DNA of 51,157 nucleotides from a virus (Duplodnaviria; Heunggongvirae; Uroviricota; Caudoviricetes): IMG/VR virus record IMGVR_UViG_2925877141_000001; one strand, 5' to 3'. Shown piece by piece: positions 45,601 to 51,157 of this stretch (position 1 is its first letter; each line of letters starts with the position of its first letter). The notes under the pieces were generated by a model. It saw only the letters and a program-made list of their open reading frames with translations, ran no database searches and was not told where the DNA came from. The position numbers and the translations under genes were made by a program.

Positions 45601-46412
45601 CAGGCAAAATGTTGTTCCTGAAAAACCACAGAAGCAGCGCTCAAGTGCTGTTAAATGGCGATGATGGAGCGGTTCAACTACTAAGTGGCACTGTTAACGG
45701 TGCTACAGCGCAGGCGCTAACCATCAACAAAGATGAGGTTAACTCAACTGCCGATTTAGTAATTAGAAAACAAACAGGGACTGGCAATCGTTTTGCTTTA
45801 CTTAATTCAGGTAATTCAGAACTACCAGTTAGTATCAGGGTGTGGGGTTCCAGTACTCGACAAAACGTTTTTGAGGTTGGCACGTCTGCTGCGTATCTGT
45901 TTTATGCGCAAAAAACAACAGACGGGCAAAACCTTACTGTAAACGGAAGTGTTAACTGCACCACACTGAATCAGTCATCAGACCGCAGACTGAAAGAAAA
46001 TATCGAGATTATCGATAACGCGACTGACGCAATCCGCAAAATTAATGGATACACGTACACGCTCAAGGAGAATGGGGCACATTGCGCCGGGGTTATAGCC
46101 CAGGAAGTTGAAGAGGCCATCCCGGAGGCCGTTGGTTCATTCATCCATTACGGTGAAGAGTTGCAAGGCCCGACCGTTGACGGCAACGAGCTACGCGAAG
46201 AAACGCGCTATCTTAATGTTGACTACGCCGCCGTGACGGGTTTACTTGTTCAGGTCGCCCGTGAAACAGATGATCGCGTTACCGCGCTGGAAGAGGAAAA
46301 CACAACGCTACGTGAAAATCTGGCAACAGCAGACACCCGGATCAGCACTCTGGAAAATCAGGTAAGCGAACTGGTTGCACTTGTCCGGCAGTTAACAGGA
46401 AGCGAACATTGA
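42636..46412 (+). CDS. stf: Side tail fibre (Stf-like N-terminus, Ala/Ser-rich repeats, distinct distal region, C-terminal intramolecular-chaperone-like domain)
   Basis: MAVKISGVLKDGAGKPVQNCTIQLKAKRNSTTVV... resembles lambda Stf N-terminus; C-terminal ...NQSSDRRLKENIEIID...YTLKENGAHCAGVIAQEVEEAIPEAV... resembles the S74 chaperone signature. Confidence 0.8.
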   Translation: MAVKISGVLKDGAGKPVQNCTIQLKAKRNSTTVVANTVASENPDEAGRYSMDVEYGQYSVILLVEGFPPSHAGTITVYEDSQPGTLNDFLGAMTEDDVRPEALRRFELMVEEVARNASAVAQNTAAAKKSASDASTSAREAATHATDAAGSARAASTSAGQAASSAQSASSSAGTASTKATEASKSAAAAESSKSAAATSAGAAKTSEMNAAASQKSAATSASTATTKASEAATSARDASASKVAAKSSETSAASSAGSAASSATAAGNSAKAAKTSETNADNSAQAAADSQTASANSATAAKKSETNAKNSEAAAKVSETNAKASENKAKEYLDKVGGLVSPMTQYDWPVVTGSEPFYIKIAKLSDPGSKDCHVTLMVTNAGNYGSPYGNIDFIEISARGLPSSLTADNVSRHLSIRRLGSTGLTDNNQMRYGLVKGDGFIEVWAFQGAFINDAKVAVLAQTTLNTELYIPDGFVKQTAAPSGYIEGNVVRIYDQVNKPTKADLGLSNAMLTGAFGLGGSGISTNGKMSDVEILKALRDKGGHFWRGDKPTGSTATIYSHGSGIFSRCGDTWSAINIDYSTAKIKIYAGNDARLNNGTFSVNELYGSANKPSKSDVGLGNVTNDAQVKKTGDTMTGDLTIKKGTPSVFLRADSGVTALRFYTGDNTERGIIYAGPNTDSLGEVRIRAKTAGGTSGGDLVVRHDGRVEVRDLTVAYKIKSRTIEIANTDTDSSATTLSIYGVQHTPLVLTRSGSSENVSIGFKLDNMNPKYLGIDTNGDLAFGESPDQKQNSKLITQAKLDKGLTIGGQLAFKGTTAFSAAATFSAGIAGAIEPENIGDQKVDLNNLTIRSDAGAVKYYSCPSSGGGANITNKPDGVTGNFLLRVESTRKVSASDYANMQTLISNDTKRIYVRFVVNGNWTAWSQVVVSGWNQDVTVRSLTSTTPSKLGGGRIDVLGSTSDYGSMNCTVRGVDSTGTNSAWSVGTSESTGKMLFLKNHRSSAQVLLNGDDGAVQLLSGTVNGATAQALTINKDEVNSTADLVIRKQTGTGNRFALLNSGNSELPVSIRVWGSSTRQNVFEVGTSAAYLFYAQKTTDGQNLTVNGSVNCTTLNQSSDRRLKENIEIIDNATDAIRKINGYTYTLKENGAHCAGVIAQEVEEAIPEAVGSFIHYGEELQGPTVDGNELREETRYLNVDYAAVTGLLVQVARETDDRVTALEEENTTLRENLATADTRISTLENQVSELVALVRQLTGSEH

Positions 46413-46595
46413 TATCCTTCAAGCTCTGAAGGAGGCTGTTCCCGGTACGTTCAGACTGTTGTTGAGCTGGAAATCGCAACGGAGGAAGAGAAAGCGTTAC
46501 TGGCCGCATGGAAAAAGTATCGGGTGTTGCTGAACCGTGTTGATACATCAACTGCACCTGATATTGAGTGGACAGAAGAACCAGACACCGTGTAA
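46413..46595 (+). pseudogene. Tail fibre assembly (tfa) 3' remnant
   Basis: Start-less frame encodes ...[45 protein letters not shown], a Tfa-type C-terminus, directly after the stf stop. Confidence 0.55.
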
Positions 46596-46603
46596 GCAAA
46601 AAA

Positions 46604-46645
46604 GAAAAACCGCAGACACGACGTATGCATGACGTGCTGCGGTTT
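46604..46645. terminator. Possible bidirectional terminator between stf/tfa and the convergent GIY-YIG gene
   Basis: Hairpin ACCGCAG...CTGCGGT flanked by A-run upstream and T-rich tract downstream. Confidence 0.45.
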
Positions 46646-46664
46646 ATGCTTATCACTTAAAGAC

Positions 46665-47483
<819 letters not shown>

Positions 47484-47844
47484 TCATTGCAAGGGCTCAC
47501 AACCAGTAGTGTTGAGAAAACCATCGGAGAAATGAGGCTAAGCCTTTGAATTTACATAGTACAAAAAAGATACTTTTCCTCATAATGTGAGCTAATTTTA
47601 TGTTTCGTTTGATGATTGGACCGGTCTCGAAAACCGTAGACACATAGTATGCGTTAATTTATGAACAAACTACTTGTCTGCTGTTTTTCTGTCATTAGTC
47701 GTATATAGAATGATTCTCTATGCCTAACAAAGCATCACCAGTGCTAGATTACGTTGTAGTCACTGTTTAAATATCCAGATAAAACATTTCCTTCTGGGTT
47801 GAATGAGTGATAAAGTTTCACCCATTAGACCCCTTGGAGGAATT

Positions 47845-49278
47845 ATGTCTGAATTTGAAGTGTTGGCACAGCATCTGCTGAAGGAAGCCGAGGCGGAAGA
47901 AAAGCTGCGACAGGAAAATGATAAAAAGCTTATCGAGAAAGTGCTGGAAATCTATGATCAGAAGTATGTGGCTGAATTACTGAGAAAAGTCGGAAAAAAT
48001 GAGTGGAGCCGTGAAACCATTAACCGCTGGATTAATGGCAAGTGTTTACCAAAATCGTTGACTTCAGTAGAAGAGTCTCTTCTGCGTAAGATGCTACCAG
48101 AACCACCTGCAAACCATCCAGAATATGCTTTCCGCTTCATTGACTTATTTGCTGGAATTGGAGGGATACGGAAAGGTTTTGAGGCCATTGGAGGCCAGTG
48201 TGTTTTTACCAGTGAATGGAATAAAGATGCTGTGCGTACATACAAGGCCAACTGGTTTAACGATGAACAGGTGCATAAATTCAATCTCGATATTCGGGAA
48301 GTCACGCTGAGTGATAAAACCGATGTATTGGAAACGGATGCTTATGCATATATTGATGAGCATGTGCCGGATCATGATGTGCTTCTTGCGGGGTTCCCGT
48401 GCCAGCCATTTAGCCTTGCTGGTGTTAGTAAGAAAAACTCACTTGGTCGTGCGCATGGTTTTGAATGTGAAGCACAAGGAACACTTTTTTTTGACGTGGC
48501 ACGTATTATACGAGCAAAAAAACCGGCAATTTTTGTGCTGGAAAATGTCAAAAATCTGAAGAGCCATGATAAGGGTAAAACTTTCAAAGTCATTATGGAG
48601 ACCCTTGACGAGCTGGGCTACGAAGTTGCCGATGCTGCAGAAATGGGAAAAAACGATCCAAAGATTATCGATGGGAAGCATTTTTTGCCTCAGCATCGTG
48701 AACGCATTGTTCTGGTCGGATTTAGACGAGATCTGAATATTCACAAGGGGTTTACCTTGCGTGATATCAGTCGTTTTTATCCGGAACACCGCCCATCATT
48801 TGGTGAATTGCTGGAGCCTGTAGTCGACAGTAAATATATACTTACGCCAAAACTATGGGAGTACCTTTATAACTACGCCAAAAAGCATGCAGCCAAGGGG
48901 AATGGTTTTGGCTTTGGGTTGGTCAATCCTGAGAATAAGGAAAGCATTGCACGCACACTTTCTGCCAGATATCACAAAGACGGATCAGAAATTCTTATTG
49001 ATCGTGGTTGGGATATGGCAACGGGAGAGGCTGACTTTATGAATGAGAGTAATCAGGCTCGTCGACCACGCAGGCTGACTCCCCGAGAGTGCGCACGCCT
49101 TATGGGATTTGAAAAACCTGGAGGGAAACCATTCCGTATTCCGGTTTCAGATACTCAGTCATATCGGCAGTTCGGTAACTCAGTTGTGGTGCCAGTATTT
49201 GAAGCTGTTGCCAGACTTCTGGAACCCTATATCCTCAAAGCTGTTTCTGCTGATGCTGGTAAGACTGGGCAGCCTTGA
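47845..49278 (+). CDS. DNA cytosine-5 methyltransferase, Dcm / M.EcoRII-like
   Basis: [28 protein letters not shown] and ENVKNL motifs; strong resemblance to E. coli Dcm; GGAGG RBS before ATG 47845. Confidence 0.9.
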   Translation: MSEFEVLAQHLLKEAEAEEKLRQENDKKLIEKVLEIYDQKYVAELLRKVGKNEWSRETINRWINGKCLPKSLTSVEESLLRKMLPEPPANHPEYAFRFIDLFAGIGGIRKGFEAIGGQCVFTSEWNKDAVRTYKANWFNDEQVHKFNLDIREVTLSDKTDVLETDAYAYIDEHVPDHDVLLAGFPCQPFSLAGVSKKNSLGRAHGFECEAQGTLFFDVARIIRAKKPAIFVLENVKNLKSHDKGKTFKVIMETLDELGYEVADAAEMGKNDPKIIDGKHFLPQHRERIVLVGFRRDLNIHKGFTLRDISRFYPEHRPSFGELLEPVVDSKYILTPKLWEYLYNYAKKHAAKGNGFGFGLVNPENKESIARTLSARYHKDGSEILIDRGWDMATGEADFMNESNQARRPRRLTPRECARLMGFEKPGGKPFRIPVSDTQSYRQFGNSVVVPVFEAVARLLEPYILKAVSADAGKTGQP

Positions 49279-49312
49279 GAACATCTCCCGGCCTTTTAAG
49301 CCGGGAGTCAGC

Positions 49313-50527
49313 CTATGATAGTTCAGCGTAAAGCTCTATCAGCTCAGTAATGAATGCTCCGAGCGTTATTAATTCTTCTCTAACTGCTTCTGGGTATTTT
49401 TTATGTAAAGTTGATGGTACAACGAGTCTGACACCCGCATCTTTCATTTCTCGGTATTGTGCTGAAGAAACACCTTCTTGCAGTGTAAATAAATGTACCT
49501 GATGGATTTTATCTGCTTCATTCAGTATCTGACGCCAGCGATCTTTGCAGGTGGTCTTTACTGCCAGCATACGTAAGTTTTCTACAGGAAATTCAACGTT
49601 ATGATATGCCTCTGCTGAAGGAAACAGGAAATCTGGTTTTTTATTACCTTCAGTAACTGCCTGAGTGGAGAAATGCCGTAGTCCGTGCTCGATAAAAAGC
49701 TTCTCTAGGTGAAGTTCAAGTGATTTGCCTGCCCTTGATTTACGTCGATTACTGACAGAGTTGGCTAATGCAATAAACTCATCTACAGAATCGAATCCTT
49801 TCTTAATAATATCAAGAACATGTAATTCCTCGACGAGTAGAAAAATATCATACTCGACACGCCGACGGTCAATCAGTTGCTCATCTGGATCCTTGGAGTT
49901 TTTAGCATAATGGCCAGCAGCATATTGAATAATTTCGTTTCCAGAAGGAAAACGCTTCTTCCAGTCTTCAGGAATAACATATTTATGATTTACTGGAGTT
50001 TGCTGAAGAGACAATCCGCCCAAAATTTGTCCGGCAGGGCCGGAAATTAGGGTTCCAGGTATGATTTCGCCAATAGCAGACTCGATGATATCCTCTTCAT
50101 CGGGATTGACGCAGACCCATATATCTACCTCGGAACAGTCAGTGTTCTGTTCGTTTAACCTGAAAGCAAGAATTGTGAGGGCTCCTGTATTTTCAGGGTT
50201 CTGTAATGGACTTCCTCTCCCCCAGCGCGTAATTCTTTTTTCGTTTCGGGTCTTACCAAAATAACGGTTGTTGTAATAAATTGCGCGTGCTTGGGTATCA
50301 GGGCAATCATGGGATGATACATGCGCAGTAAGGAAGACTGAAGGGTTCAGTTCGCGAGTATGATTGATAGATGGAAAAAGCTTTTCAACGATATTTGAGG
50401 GGATATAAAGTCCGACCTGATGGCCACCTGTTGCGCCTGTGTCGTTTGCAGAAAGGCGTTTGATGTAGATAAAGTAATTCCCGCTTGCGATATCAAGCAG
50501 CCAGTTATGAAAAACCGACATATACAT
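49313..50527 (-). CDS. Type II restriction endonuclease, EcoRII-like
   Basis: Translation (…SVFHNWLLDIASGNYFIYIKRLSANDTGATGGHQVGLYIPS…) recognised from memory as EcoRII-like; convergent with the Dcm-like gene. Confidence 0.8.
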   Translation of the reverse strand: MYMSVFHNWLLDIASGNYFIYIKRLSANDTGATGGHQVGLYIPSNIVEKLFPSINHTRELNPSVFLTAHVSSHDCPDTQARAIYYNNRYFGKTRNEKRITRWGRGSPLQNPENTGALTILAFRLNEQNTDCSEVDIWVCVNPDEEDIIESAIGEIIPGTLISGPAGQILGGLSLQQTPVNHKYVIPEDWKKRFPSGNEIIQYAAGHYAKNSKDPDEQLIDRRRVEYDIFLLVEELHVLDIIKKGFDSVDEFIALANSVSNRRKSRAGKSLELHLEKLFIEHGLRHFSTQAVTEGNKKPDFLFPSAEAYHNVEFPVENLRMLAVKTTCKDRWRQILNEADKIHQVHLFTLQEGVSSAQYREMKDAGVRLVVPSTLHKKYPEAVREELITLGAFITELIELYAELS

Positions 50528-50602
50528 CCCTTTGTTAACATACAGTCAGGGTTAACATTTTTCCATAGTTATAGATAAGCGGCTAGGAACTTAAGGGAAA
50601 AA

Positions 50603-50630
50603 CAAAAAGCCCGCATAAGCGGGCTTTTGT
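50603..50630. terminator. Hairpin terminator between ssrA and the restriction gene
   Basis: AAAAAGCCCGC-ATAA-GCGGGCTTTT with A/T runs on both sides. Confidence 0.5.
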
Positions 50631-50755
50631 GTCACTCGAGAGCCGCGGCTCCTTTGCGTATCCTTTTTTGTCTCCTCACCGTCTGGTCGGTGTCCTGCTG
50701 AGACTGCTAACTTCCTGTTTTTGTTGGTGTTGTCCTTACACCGTCCAATCATGAT

Positions 50756-51118
50756 TGGTGGAGCTGGCGGGAGTTGAACCCGCGTCCGAAATTCCTACAT
50801 CCTCGGTACTACATGCTTAGTCAGTCTTTACATTCGCTTGCCAGCTGCGGACGGACACGCCACTAACAAACTAGCCTGATTAAGTTTTAACGCTTCAACC
50901 CCAGGCAGGGCTTCCACGCGATCTCTTTTGGGTTTGACCTCTCTTGATCCCCGTCCTAAGAGCGGAGGCTAGGGAGAGAGGGCTCTAAGCAGGTTATTAA
51001 GCTGCTAAAGCGTAGTTTTCGTCGTTTGCGACTATTTTTTGCGGCTTTTTACGAGGCCAACCGCCCCTCGGCATGCACCTTGGGTTTCGCAAATCCCGTC
51101 GAATCCAGAATCAGCCCC
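50756..51118 (-). ncRNA. ssrA: tmRNA (SsrA), 363 nt
   Basis: Reverse complement reads GGGGCTGATTCTGGATTCGACGGGATTTGCGAAACCCAAGGTGCATGCC...GGTTCAACTCCCGCCAGCTCCACCA, recognised as E. coli ssrA; minus-strand 3' CCA at 50756-50758. Confidence 0.95.
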
Positions 51119-51157
51119 AATGTGTAAAGGTAAGTATACCAGATTTATGAGCGCCAT

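Overview
This window looks like an E. coli-type chromosomal segment at the tmRNA (ssrA) integration hotspot, read entirely by eye from the sequence and ORF track; no database search was run. An intact ssrA sits at the right edge (50756-51118, minus strand). A 27-bp copy of the ssrA 3' end at 8404-8430 is a direct repeat of 50756-50782 and brackets a ~42-kb lambda-like prophage (about 8431-50755). The prophage has int/xis, cI/cro, an O-like replication gene with iterons, RusA, Q, lysis genes (holin, R, Rz/Rz1), a cos region and lambda-like head and tail genes Nu1 to J, lom and a chimeric stf. It appears defective: V is fused in frame to the C-terminus of L (G, T, H, M missing) and tfa is a 3' remnant. 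Accessory cargo inside the prophage: a Dam-like methyltransferase plus an ABC-type ATPase with a possible Toprim/OLD-like C-terminus between attL and int; an AT-rich membrane protein next to xis; a P-loop ATPase immediately after Q and a tR'-like terminator; and a GIY-YIG protein plus an EcoRII-like restriction-modification pair next to ssrA. Left of the att repeat is a decayed island: a P4-type integrase N-terminal fragment cut by IS3, a complete IS3, an IS3-family remnant interrupted by IS2 (which itself seems frameshifted), and an AT-rich, translationally coupled three-gene operon (large serine recombinase-like protein plus two ParB-like proteins) flanked by a 12-bp direct repeat. The best candidates for an undescribed system are that three-gene operon, the methyltransferase/ATPase pair and the Q-S locus ATPase; none can be confirmed from sequence alone. 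No CRISPR array, rRNA or tRNA gene was seen.
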